Positions 35,809 to 47,506 of a DNA stretch of 64,000 nt are shown here, one piece after another. The DNA is from Macrostomum lignano (lineage: Eukaryota): positions 85,671 to 149,670 of the forward strand of contig NIVC01002689.1 in the NCBI GenBank assembly GCA_002269645.1, given 5' to 3'. The notes beneath the pieces were generated by a model. It made no database searches, was not told where the DNA came from, and saw nothing but the letters and a program-made list of their open reading frames with translations. The position numbers and the translations under genes were made by a program. Position 1 is the first letter of the stretch. Each line of letters opens with the position of its first letter.

Positions 35809-36302
35809 CCATAGTGTAGATCATGTAGTGCACGCAAGAATTTTCCCGCGTGCATTTTCAAAAGTGGCGTGCACCAATGTGCGATTAGGTAAGTGGCATG
35901 CATAATGCACACTATATAAATACACTGGCGTGCCTAGCATGCGCCGCATGCCGCGTGCCTGGCACCTGATGTGGCAAAGCTGCCAATGCAATGGTAAGCA
36001 GACATAAAATACATATTATTGTATTTAACTTTTGAAAAAAAACTATTGTAAATAAACAGTGTATAAGACCTTGTTAAATAAATTAATGTATGAGAAATAC
36101 ATGTTTTAAAAGATATATCATTTCTTTTGTACATCGTTTATTGCTTTGTTTTACACAATGCAATTTAAAATACATTTTTTGTCTTCAATTTGAATTTTAA
36201 TTTATCGGCGTGCATCGGCGTGCATTTGCTTGTTGTCAGTGTGCTTTTGGGAATTAGCTTTGGGTCATTTCTTGCGTGCACTTAGCATGATCCACACTAT
36301 GG
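35809..36302. mobile_element. MITE with ~33-bp TIRs (CCATAGTGTrGATCATG..TGCACGCAAGAA) and an 8-bp target-site duplication
   Basis: TTCTCAAC at 35801-35808 and 36303-36310 (alternatively 9-bp GTTCTCAAC); internal repeated GGCGTGCA motifs. Confidence 0.85.
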
Positions 36303-38505
36303 TTCTCAACTATGTGTCTATCATTGATAGAGTTAGAGATATAGGCCTACTATTTGACATAGACTAGAGTAGACTTTATGTCCATAAAATGTCAAAATGA
36401 ATACTATCATTATCAAATGGTGAATTTGAAACCATACCAATCTATTCAATGTCATGAACAATCTCACTAATACAATTTTTCTATTGGTGTGGTCATAATT
36501 TGAAACCTATAAGCATTTTCAGTTTTGTCTTACAATTACCTACATATAAAATTTCCATATTTAAATGATCGTGTAACAAAAGTGAATATAAGCTACACTT
36601 CCATAACTTTCTATGCTCTAGGTTTCAATGAAAATTGCAGTGATGATTTGAAATTATTTGAAAAGTGAGTACAATGTAAAATGTGAAGCATAATTTTTTG
36701 ATATACTGGATTGGAGTGTATTTGACTCTTTAACGGGGACCGTGAAACGAAACTTGATCTGCTCGGGGATCGTCTAACGAAAGAATGCCATAATAACTAC
36801 AAATACCTATTACCTGAATTGTAACATAAAGACTGTTTATATAATAATTATAGACTATAATCGCAGTTCAAAACAACACTAAGCCAATTTAAAGGTAGAT
36901 TTAATATCATTGACTTACTGCTTTTAAGCAAAGGGACGAAAGTCGGTGTCTTAGTGCTAGCATTTTGTTTTGAAGTTATATTTGTAAGGAATATAGTCTA
37001 CAACAAATTAGACAATAGCAGTCTGACTAGTCAGAAGTCAGTCAGTTAATAATGTTCGTAACGTTTTTGTAAGAAATGTTCTTGGAAATTAAGCTTGAAC
37101 TATAGACTTGTAGTTATTGATATAACAAAATATTTCATAGAAAAAATAACGATTTTTTATAAAACACCCTTGAATAAAGTTTGCTAGTTTATAACAGATA
37201 AATGTAGTTTAATAATCAATCTTTAAAAATTAAAAGATATGTATGATGTAATGTCATTTTTATCCGAATTCAAATTACGACCATGTTGTTCATGACATTT
37301 ATTGTCGTATATATATAAGTAGTATATAAATGAACGTCGGTGATGGTCAGTTGACAGTTAGTGAGTCGTGACAGAAAAACTATATTAATTTACATCTCGA
37401 CTCATATTTAGTTAGTTTATTAAAGAAGTTGCAAAATAATTATTGATGCATTGATCCCGCAACAACAAAAGCATTGTCACAATTGTCACTTTTCTATTCT
37501 AATTCTTTTCGAAAGTTTTTACTGTTTTGCTTGTTATGTTTTAGTATTATCAAATAAAAAGGCTTCTTCAATCACAAAAAATTAAAATTTAAAATATTTT
37601 TAATAGTTTACATAGATGAATAAATGAAACTTTTTGAGCCTAGTACAGATTATCAAAATAATTTTTTATATTTTTTCATTAGGCCTACTAATTTAGTAAT
37701 AGATAATTTAAACTTTAGCACTAGTGGAGATAGTGTACTTTGTGAGAATATTATTTGTTATTTAATGATTTTGTTATTATTTTTTTGCCATTTTGCTATG
37801 GAAAATACATAAAGTCAGACCAGTTTATTGTAAGATATGTAATAGGTCAAAGTAATAAGATATAACTACAAAACTGGCTTGGCCTAATAGAGAAGTTGAC
37901 ACAGCTTGCATCCATTAAGTTTAACCTAGCTTTAATTAGTAAACCAATCAGAAATGGCTTGAACCTTCCAAGGGCATGTGGCATGATTGCAAACCAAAAT
38001 CTAGCTAGCTAGGCCCTAGAAGTGCACCTTAGCCCATAGGTCTAGTGCAAATAAGATTATAGACTAGCAAGTGAGCCCCCCCCCCATTAACTGGTTTGAA
38101 AGGGGGTGACTGGCTATAAATAAAGCTGCATTTTTGTTATCTGAATTTTACCCTTCTCTTCCTTTTACTTCTTACTAGTCTTCACTTGTTCATCTTCTCG
38201 TAAATATTGTTAGTAGGAAGTGCAATCAATCTATATAGAAGCTCACCAAACTATTTTTATCTCACAAATATTATATTTGATTTCTAAGTTATAAATGTTA
38301 TCAAATAAAAGTGCTTCTTTAAATATAAAATTTTATAATTAAACTTTTTTTTCATAAATTTTCATATGTTATTCTATTTTTTTGCATTTGAAATAAGTAG
38401 TTTAAACTCTAGCACTAGTGGAGATAGATAAATACTTATATATTCTTTGTGTTTAGTTTTGTTAGTCAATACTTGTATTACTTCATTCAATTATTTGCAT
38501 GCAAA

Positions 38506-39963
38506 ATGAGTTTTCTAGGCCTATTTAAACATAAAAAATCATCTACTACTACCAAGGCCAAGGACAAAGTGCAGGAGCCTACAACAAGCCATTCCAAGAC
38601 TGATTTGGCACTTTCAGAACCAGCTACAACCAGGCAAACTTGGAAATCTGGCCCAATCACTGCTATTGTGATTGGCTGTGGCCAAAGAGGTCGGTGTTAC
38701 TCAGAGTATGCCTTAATTCGACCAAATGAGCTGCAGATTGTGGCTGCAGCTGATCCAAGGTATGCAAATTATTTGCTATTAACAAGTATCTAGACTCGCT
38801 TTTCAATCAATATATTTGTAGATCTATACTTTAACATTGTCACAGAGCTACAGCTCGAAGCTACATGAGTCGCACATTTGGCCTAGCCAATGATGCAGTC
38901 TTTGAGCATTGGCAGCCGCTGATTGAGAAAGGCCGCATAGCTGATGCTGCTATCATCTGTACTCAGGATCAGCAGCATCTGGAGCCATGCCAGGTGAGTT
39001 TTGTAGATGCGTGTATGCACTAACTACGGCCGAATTTCAGATTTACACACTAGTAAAATATTATCGCATTGCAGGCCTGCAAACGCTTAGGATGTCACGT
39101 ACTACTCGAGAAGCCCATGGCTTGTAACCCGCTGGACTGCGCTCGCCTTGTGCATAGGGAGTGGCTGAGCGAGGCCGATCAGCTGATGGTTATTTGTCAC
39201 GTGCTGCGCTACTTGCCTGCTGTGCGAAAAATTCACCAATTTATCAGGTTATTTTTATAATGCTCTATCCTTGCTTTCCCATTCATGTTACTGCAATTTG
39301 TCATAGGCCATGGTTGCATACCTACCCACATCAGCGTCACCCCGTTGGTGAGGCAACAAAGAATGGAATAAATTTTTTTGATTACACTACATGTAGCTCG
39401 TTGCTTGCTTCTGACCTTTCAGCCTTGACAACTCAGCAATTTCTTTTATGTTTAACATGACGCTTCCTTTATGTTTGATTTTGTCTTGTTTGATTCTCTT
39501 CTTAATTCCATTCTTCTATGACTCTTCTCACGTTCTATGCTACTCGTAGTCCTGTAATTTCTTTTGGTAAATAATTTGTTTGCACTGTCTCCTGCAAGCT
39601 TTTGCATGTTGAATTTCTGTTATCAGCAGAGTACTGACACGACCGAGTGTGACGTGTTGGTGTTGGAAAATTAAAATTAAATATTTAACTTTATAAGCAT
39701 TCAGTGCCTAATTCAGTGTTTATTAGGTAAGAATTTCTCTAAATTTAGCTTAAATGTATTATGCAATGTCAAAAACTACCACAAGTGCGTACTAGACTAT
39801 TGCAGACATCGTGCAGGCGAACTGCATTCACGTACAGCTGTTGTGAATAGCAAGCAGTTTTATTATTAGTCTGCTGTCAGTTCTTTGCTAGTCCTCTTAC
39901 TCATAGTAGCTGACATGCAGCTTTGCTCGCGACAGACGGACAGACAGGCAGATAGACAGACAG

Positions 39964-40018
<55 letters not shown>

Positions 40019-40052
40019 GCAGACAGACAGACAGACAGAGACACAGACAGAC

Positions 40053-40083
<31 letters not shown>

Positions 40084-40131
40084 CAGACAGACAGCAGACA
40101 GACACAGACAGACACAGACAGACAGACAGAC

Positions 40132-40188
<57 letters not shown>

Positions 40189-40254
40189 AAGACAGACACA
40201 GACAGACAGACAGCAGACAGACACACACACAGACAGACAGACAGACAGACAGAC

Positions 40255-40288
<34 letters not shown>

Positions 40289-43239
40289 GAGCAAAAAGCA
40301 GACAGACATCCGCCGCCCCTACCGCAGGTCTGGCCAGCTGGGCCGCCTGTGCCACGTGCAGCACACCGAGCCAGTTGGTTACGCTCATTTCGCGCACTCC
40401 TACGTCAGAGGCAACTGGCGCAACGAGGCTGGCAGCGCGTTCTCCCTGCTGACGAAGTGCTGCCACGATGTGGACCTGATCTGCTACTGGATGCCGTCCC
40501 GCTGCTCCAGGGTGTCCAGCTTCGGCAGCCTGGTGCACTTCCGGCCGGAAGAGAAGCCAGAGGGGGCCGCCGAGCGATGTGTTGATTGCAGCGTGGAGAA
40601 AGATTGCCCCTACTCTGCCGTTAAGGTGGCTGCGATGGACACTTCAATGCATTCTCCCTATCCTGTTCCCTGCATTCTCCCTATCCTGTTCCCTGCATTC
40701 TCCCTATTCTATTCCCTGCACTCTTCCTATCCTATCCCCTGCATTGTCCCGATCCTATTCCCTGCATTCTCCCTATTCTATTCCCTGCACTCTTCCTATC
40801 CTATCCCCTGCATTGTCCCGATCCTATTCCCTGCATTCTCCCTATTCTATTCCCTGCATTCTCCCTATCCGTTCCCTGCATTGTCCCTATCCTGTTCCCT
40901 GCATTCTCCCAATCCTATTCCCTGCATTCTCCCTATCCTATTCCCTGCATTCTTCCTATCCTATTCCCTGCATTCTTCCTATCCTATTCCCTGCATTCTT
41001 CCTATCCTATTCCCTGCATTCTCCCTATCCGTTCCCTGCATTGTCCCTATCCTGTTCCCTGTATTCTCCTTATTCTATTCCCTGCACTCTTTCTATCCTA
41101 TCCCCTGCATTGTCCCGATCCTATTCCCTGTACTAACCGTTTTCCCTTAACTATCCCTGTCTCACCTGTCTCTCATGCTTCGCCCACCCGGAAACCCCTG
41201 CCTCGAATCAAGGCCTACATTTTCCCCGGAGTCTGGAGCCCGGCAGCTTTCGTCGACCGGGAAGCGTGCAATGGAGACCATGCGAAATATCAGCAACTGG
41301 TTGAGGAGGCCGTTAAGACTGGGCCGTACGGCCGCTGCGTTTACAACTGTGACAATGACGTTTGCGATCATCAGGTGAGCGGGTTGGCAGCGTATGGTAT
41401 TCAGGTGTTAATTGTGATGGTATTCAGGTGTTAATTGTGATGGTATTCAGGTGTTAATTGTGATGGTATTCAGGTGTTAATTGTGATGATATTCAGGTGT
41501 TAATTGTGATGGTATTCAGGTGTTAATTGTGATGGTATTCAGGTGTTAATTGTGATGATATTCAGGTGTTAATTGTGATGGTATTCAGGTGTTGATTGTG
41601 ATGGTATTCAGGTGTTGATTGTGAGGATATTCAGGTATTGATTGTGAGGATATTCAGGTGTTGATTGTGATGATATTCAGGTGTTGATTGTGATGATATT
41701 CAGGTATTGATTGTGAGGATATTCAGGTGTTGATTGTGAGGATATTCAGGTGTTGATTGTGAGGATATTCAGGTGTTGATTGTGAGGATATTCAGGTGTT
41801 AAGTGTGAGGATATTCAGGTGTTAATTGTGATGGTATTCAGATGCTATTTCCAGCTTTAACAAACATCAAGATTCACATTAAAATAAAGTTATTTTGTCT
41901 CAAACCTGCTAATCCCGCAGGTAGTAAACATGGAATTCGATGATGGGGCCACCGCCAGCCTCACCATGATGGCCTTCACCGAGGCGGTCTGCGTTCGTTC
42001 CAGCGTTTTCTATGGGACCCGCGGTGAACTGCGCTGGAACGGCGCCTCCTATGGAGACACGGCTCTGACCATGTACGAATTTGCCAGCATGGACCACATG
42101 CACGTGCCTGTGGGCCTGGGCCCCGAGGGCGACAATCAGGAAGCCCCACCAGCTGGTAGCGGTCGGATGCGAGGCCACGGTTCGGCCGATTTCTTCCTGG
42201 CTCAGGTGAGGTTAAATTTGTCTACCGATATGTATCGAAAAGTGCATTTTGACTGTTTGATTGAGTTGTGTTATAACCCGACATGTATCGAAAATAATAT
42301 CATATTTAGTCTTTCAAAACGAGTTCTAATTGCACCGATACATTGCGAAATGTCCCGATATGTATCGAAAAGTGCATATTTAGCCGTCTTCTGCTATCAA
42401 GATTTAGAGCGATGTGTATCAAAATTACGCAGTCGTTCAGTACAAAATCGGCTTGTAAAATCTTGATTTATTCCGATATGTATCGAAAATAATATTATAT
42501 ACCATTTTTAATACAAAATCTGCCCGAAATGGTGACATCTCCCGATATGTATCGAAAAGACGTTTCTGGCTAAGTCACTAGACAAATTCTGATTGATCTT
42601 TAATTCCAGATTGGGTCTCGTAGTACATGCCTGACGATGGGAATGTCCGGGACGCTGTACACCCTGTGTGATTTGTGTTACTGGGGTGTCAGCAAAATTA
42701 AATGAATTGGATTGGGGCATTGTGAACATTGATGAAGCTATTTTAGACGTGATTCTGTATATAAAATGTACTGTAAGGCACAGGATTATGAATTTTTGTT
42801 ATTTTGAATGACGTCACTGGAGAATGTTTCTTTACGAAGTAGTTTTTGACATATGCGGTTCCTTATTATTCTGTGTATTATTCCTATAAGGCAGTACCTT
42901 CGGTTACCAGATACAGGTAAATGGCAGTACCTTGTTAATGACAAGCTACTCCTCTGTGCGTATAGAACGGGTAGTGCCTCGTTGAAACCTATTTTTTTTT
43001 AAATTGTCATTTTTCTGCAGGCCTTTGTTCGGGCCCTGCTCAAAGCCAAGGACTCAGCTGAGGTAGGTGGTGACACTGCAGGCAGCAGCTTAGCGGAACT
43101 GCAGCGCGAACTCAATGATTCCACTCTCTACGGTCATCTGGTGGCGTTCGCCGCTGAGGAGTCTCGAAAACGCGGCACCGTGGTGTCAATCGGAGAGTAC
43201 ATCGACAGCGTGATGAGTCGTTTGGACGAGGATTGTTGA
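38506..43239 (+). CDS. Gfo/Idh/MocA-family NAD(P)-dependent oxidoreductase (YteT-like), about 512 aa; join(38506..38759,38846..38993,39075..39247,40328..40625,41213..41374,41921..42205,43021..43239)
   Basis: Rossmann [84 protein letters not shown] and FAAEESR motifs. Exons total 1539 nt in frame with GT-AG junctions. Confidence 0.9.
39935..40305 (+). repeat. (GACA)n microsatellite, oxidoreductase intron 3
   Basis: Seen directly. Confidence 0.95.
40650..41150 (+). repeat. Pyrimidine-rich minisatellite (CCTATCCTATTCCCTGCATTCT), intron 4
   Basis: Seen directly. Confidence 0.9.
41395..41840 (+). repeat. 23-bp minisatellite GATGGTATTCAGGTGTTAATTGT, intron 5
   Basis: Seen directly. Confidence 0.95.
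42220..42560 (+). repeat. Degenerate repeat with core CCGATATGTATCGAAAA, intron 6
   Basis: Cores near 42226, 42278, 42355, 42473 and 42542. Confidence 0.7.
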
Positions 43240-44269
43240 GCTGCCGCCCGGGAGCGTTGCTCAAATCATGAAACGCACAATCTTAAAAACAGTTTTTTTA
43301 TATTTTAATTTTTATTCAGTAATTATCAAGAAGATTATCAATACAGAATTATTGCAAATTTAAGCGACGAATGTATCGCAATATTCAATATCGCAATAAA
43401 ATACGATATAATTTATTTATTTTAAATCAAGCAGATTAAAAATACAGTCTCTGACGTATACTCCTTCAGTCGGTGTAAATTTTTCTGTAGCATTTCAAAA
43501 TTGTAACGCTTGAGTTCGACCGCCTGAAAAACTAGTTTGATTTAACTAATTAAATAACTGCTTAAAAATAGTTTTTGTCTTATACTCCGTATGTACGAGC
43601 TATATCTACTCACGACTATAGCTATAACAACTATATCTTGAAAGTTTTCAAATGAACTGTAGACATGATGTACTTAGTCAAAGCTTGCTGTGATCGTACA
43701 TTTAGCCTCTATAGCGGCTTAATAAGAATTTTTCAGGCCGGAAAAAAAACAAAATTTTATATTCCCATTTATGAATTTTCACATATTTCTTCAAATAGCT
43801 AGCTACTGTAGATATGGTTGACGAGGTATTTTCCAAACTTAGATTTGAAATTTGCCTCATTTCCTGATACAACCATGCTATTTTTAGCAAGTGTGCTATG
43901 AGCGTATATACGGTCTTTTATAAACATTTCTGACGCATTTGGCCAATCATAGGGTGAATATTATTGGAACTAGGTACTACAACAGCACGACGTATTCTAC
44001 CGTACAAGTACCATTTACGATGAGAAAATATACCTCAACCAAGCACATGTCCCAGAATGTCTCTCGATCGTCTGCACTTCTACCCTTTACTTCTGTCTCT
44101 TCAAAATTTGGCTAACCCTTGTACTTTTCTTATCTAGCCCTTGCCTCATTCTGAAATTGGCTGATCTTCACCTGACATCATTAATGTAGTGCAGAAAATG
44201 ACTTATTCTTTAAAACAGTGCAAGGCATGACTAACACAACAGTAAGGACGGAAGCTTTTGAGTCTAGAT

Positions 44270-44320
44270 CTGGGGTCGGCAAACTCCGGTCCGCGAAGCC
44301 CCACTATCGGCCCTCGGATC
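44270..44320 (+). mobile_element. Possible Charlie-type hAT terminal fragment
   Basis: CTGGGGTCGGCAAACTCCGGTCCGCG resembles the common CAGGGGTCGGCAAAC..CGGCCCGCG hAT-MITE end; no partner end identified. Confidence 0.35.
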
Positions 44321-44645
44321 CTTGTTCTCTATAATATCTTCTCTTTTCTCTCCTCTCATGTCCTCTCTCCTGAGAAGACAACTTAAGTTGTCCTTGGCTG
44401 TTAGCTCAGAAGTAAACCTTTTACTGATTTTTCGTGCATGAAAAAATACACAAGTAAATAGTCAACTGATAGATGTATCATTCGCGGTTAAGAAGAACGA
44501 GAGACATTATGGTTGCAACATGCATGTACGTTATTTTTACATACTCGTTAGTAGCAAATTTATTTTATTTCAATGTTATTTTGTTTGCGCATCTAAAAAT
44601 CTTGCTCTCCGCTTCCGCTGCAGTCAACTTGTTCGATTCGAAATC

Positions 44646-45407
44646 TCAGACCCGAAAGCTTCGCAGCGTTGCAGCCAGATCGAACTGGCCAGGAAAGTTC
44701 GGTGCTCCATCGCTGAACTTCGAGCTGTTGCTGCCCCCCAGCATCTCTCGGTCCCATTCGGCCTGCAGCTCCGTGATCAGCTCCTGCAGCGTCATCTTGG
44801 CCCTCTGCCGAATATACCGACGCGCGATGCACAGCATCACTTTCGTGTCGTTGAACCCGCTGCCGCAGGTGACTACGGCGTACGGACTGTCCAACTCCTG
44901 TTTGATCTGCCGCATCAGCCCGTTGTGGTCCTGGCGCAGATACGAGGTCGGGTAGTTCGGCGGCCGGCTCGACCGACTCCGAAGCCAGTCCAGACCGCGA
45001 GAAGCCTTGAGAAAGAAGCAGAGAGGGCTGAACTTGGCGTGCTCCATCTCGGCTGTGTCGGCCGGGTTCCAGTCTCTGAGGCCCAGATCGCAGAAGAAGC
45101 ACTTCACATGGTCTGCTTCTCCCAGATAGTAGAACCCGGCTTCTACCATGCTCTCCTGCGATTGGCAGCAATTCTTCTCTGACCAGCGGCCTTCCCTGAA
45201 AGTGGCCAGACGAGCTTCTCGACTCACATGCCTCTGGCTTGCTGCGCTTGATATCAAATAGACGCACGCGTTGATACATTCGTATTGGTCACCTTGGCGA
45301 CAGGACCGCGCTAGCGGGCCTAATCTTGCGTACAGAGTCTCCGAGGTGTAGCGCAGAGCCGCTTCAAGCTGCGACGCGCACTGTTCCGACAATGGCTCTT
45401 CGCTCAT
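44646..45407 (-). CDS. Inhibitor-of-apoptosis-like protein: one BIR domain plus a UBA-like segment, no RING; single coding exon (frame open up to a splice acceptor at 45445)
   Basis: EARLATF..W..SMVEAGFYYLGEADHVKCFFCDLGLRDWNPADTAEMEHAKFSPLC has the full C-x2-C-x16-H-x6-C zinc motif. SPYAVVTCGSGFNDTKVMLCIARRY..TLQELITEL resembles the IAP UBA domain. Confidence 0.85.
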   Translation of the reverse strand: MSEEPLSEQCASQLEAALRYTSETLYARLGPLARSCRQGDQYECINACVYLISSAASQRHVSREARLATFREGRWSEKNCCQSQESMVEAGFYYLGEADHVKCFFCDLGLRDWNPADTAEMEHAKFSPLCFFLKASRGLDWLRSRSSRPPNYPTSYLRQDHNGLMRQIKQELDSPYAVVTCGSGFNDTKVMLCIARRYIRQRAKMTLQELITELQAEWDREMLGGSNSSKFSDGAPNFPGQFDLAATLRSFRV

Positions 45408-45759
45408 GGACTGAAAACTGCTTTTCACCAAGTATTGCAGATGACCTGTAATAGTTGTAGCAGGAGATAGGCTAGAAATAGTTACTGACTATGATCTCCT
45501 GTTGGACATGATTTTTAATAGTTGGTTAGACCGTGTACTACCTAAAAGAGAATATCCGATATATTTTTAGCATCCTATATATAAAACCCTATCTTTGCAC
45601 AAGGCGCTACTGATTCAAGTAAGGAGGTACTAGCTTGTTGACTATGAATATACTTAAACGCGTACATGAATGTCCATTAAATTATATTAGCTGTTCCGCT
45701 TATATCAAGAATAATTACAGGAGGTCTTAGCGACATTCGGCAATATCCTCCCACAAGCC

Positions 45760-46080
45760 ATGCAGCGCTGAGGCACTGCCCATTCCACTGACTCCTAAGC
45801 ACACACAAGCGCGCCAATACTGTACGCAGGCACGCACTCATGTACACGCTCACACAGGGTGTACAGCGGGCCTGACTTTAGAATTACCACCAGAAATGTA
45901 CACTCCCTGTGCCTTGGGGGCTGGCCCTCAGTTGCCGTGAATCGCACCGACAACCCCTCTCGGCCAATTTCCGTGCACCAAAAGCCCCAAATGAATGATT
46001 GTGGCCGCGCAAGGAATCGAACCAGCGGCCTCCAAAAGAGAGCCAGCAGCGGTGGCGCGAAAGTAGCAACTGGGGCTACA
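45760..46080 (-). mobile_element. tRNA-derived SINE-like element (most complete copy)
   Basis: Minus strand has a B-box GGTTCGATTCC (46013-46023) and an A-box-like GTAGCCCCAGTTG near 46080; the body is shared with three other loci. Confidence 0.65.
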
Positions 46081-46154
46081 GACGTTGGGGCACCAAACTA
46101 TCGCGTTTGCCAATCTATTTTGCCGACACAGAAGGTCAAAATGTGAGTCATTTG

Positions 46155-46405
46155 CACAAGCTCGAGTCTTCACAAGCTCGAGTCTTCACAAACTCGAATC
46201 TTCACAAGCTCAAGTCATCAGAAGCTCAAGTCATCACAACTCGAGTCTTCACAAGCTCAAAACTTCCCAAACTCGAGTCTTCACAAGCTCAAAACTTCCC
46301 AAACTCGAGTCTTCACAAGCTCAAAACTTCCCAAACTCGAGTCTTCACAAGCTCGAGTCGTCACAAGCTCGAATCTTCACAAGCTCGAATCTTGACAAAC
46401 TCGAA
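46155..46405 (+). repeat. ~15-16-bp repeat (CTCGAGTCTTCACAAG / CTCAAAACTTCCCAAA)
   Basis: Seen directly. Confidence 0.85.
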
Positions 46406-46909
46406 ATTTTGCATCGTCAATCCGTCATCATAGTCTACGTTTAAAAGGTCCTCGGCGACACTCAACGGATCAAGTATGGAGTAATACCCTGTAGGTGACG
46501 CACAAGAAACTTGAAATAGTCCGAATTGGCTGATCCCTGTGAAGCAACCAACAAAAAAGGAAATATTTTTGTACATTTTGTCACTCACCCGAGTACAAGA
46601 TTTGTAGCTACGAGTATCCCAACTCCAAGGACTGCATGCATTAGCAATACAATGCTGGTGTGTGGTACAAGGTACTACCTAATACACATTTATATGCAGC
46701 AGTGTGCAGAGACTAGCGACGAAAGTCACAGCCATTATCAGAGTGCATATGTTGGACTGTGTACTGGAGTGAGTGTACGCTGTAGTTTACTTTTGTAACT
46801 TGAATGTACAGTACGAGCTACGTGCGTGGCGTGCATGGGAAAGAATAGATGCATGTAAGAGACTTCTATTCAGTTCAGGTGCGCAAAAGCAGAAAGCAAT
46901 CATAACAAT

Positions 46910-47170
46910 TAACAATTGGCGCTACTAGAGTTGGCGCTACATGATTTGGCGCCACTAGGATTAACGCCACAAGGATTGGCGCTACTAGAGTTGGCGCTAC
47001 ATGATTTGGCGCCACTTGGATTGGCGCCGGATGGTTTTGGCGCCACAAGGATTGACGCCACAAGGATTGGCGCCACTAAAGTTGGCGCTACATGGTTTGG
47101 CGCTAGACGGGTTGGCGCCACAAGGATTAGCGCCACTAGAGTTGGCCCTACATGGTTTGGCGCTACCATG
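46910..47170 (+). repeat. 15-bp repeat TTGGCGCyACwAGrr
   Basis: Seen directly. Confidence 0.85.
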
Positions 47171-47506
47171 GGTTGGGGACTCTGTGCCCTGGGGATTGGC
47201 CCTCCTGGGAAGTGAAATTCTAATCAGTTTTAGAATAAAGAAATAAATAAACTGAACTCATTCTCTTCTGTTGCACTGTATTCAAATTTTATCACTGAAC
47301 GATTAGTACCTCTAAAAATATATTCTTAAGTGCCAGTCTTTATGAGATTATTGACGACTACTCGACTGATACTAATCCATACTACGTGTTTATTTCTATT
47401 ATCAACGCCTTTTATTGATGCATATTTTCGGTATTATTTTTTTAATGTTTATCTGTTGTACTCGTATAAACCGATCTGTCCAGAGGTTCTTCCACGAGCT
47501 GGATTG

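Noticed and set aside
39885-41150. 421-aa ORF as a single-exon gene
   Set aside because: It fuses the (GACA)n tract, real exon 4 (40328-40625) and the next intronic minisatellite.
38506-43239. Horizontal transfer of a bacterial-type oxidoreductase
   Set aside because: The gene has six canonical introns, and the family occurs in other animals as far as I recall; no phylogeny is available to support transfer.
9920-45407. A CHAT (caspase-clan) protein plus an IAP forming a linked cell-death module
   Set aside because: They are ~19 kb apart with unrelated genes between, and the CHAT site looks inactive; proximity alone is not evidence.
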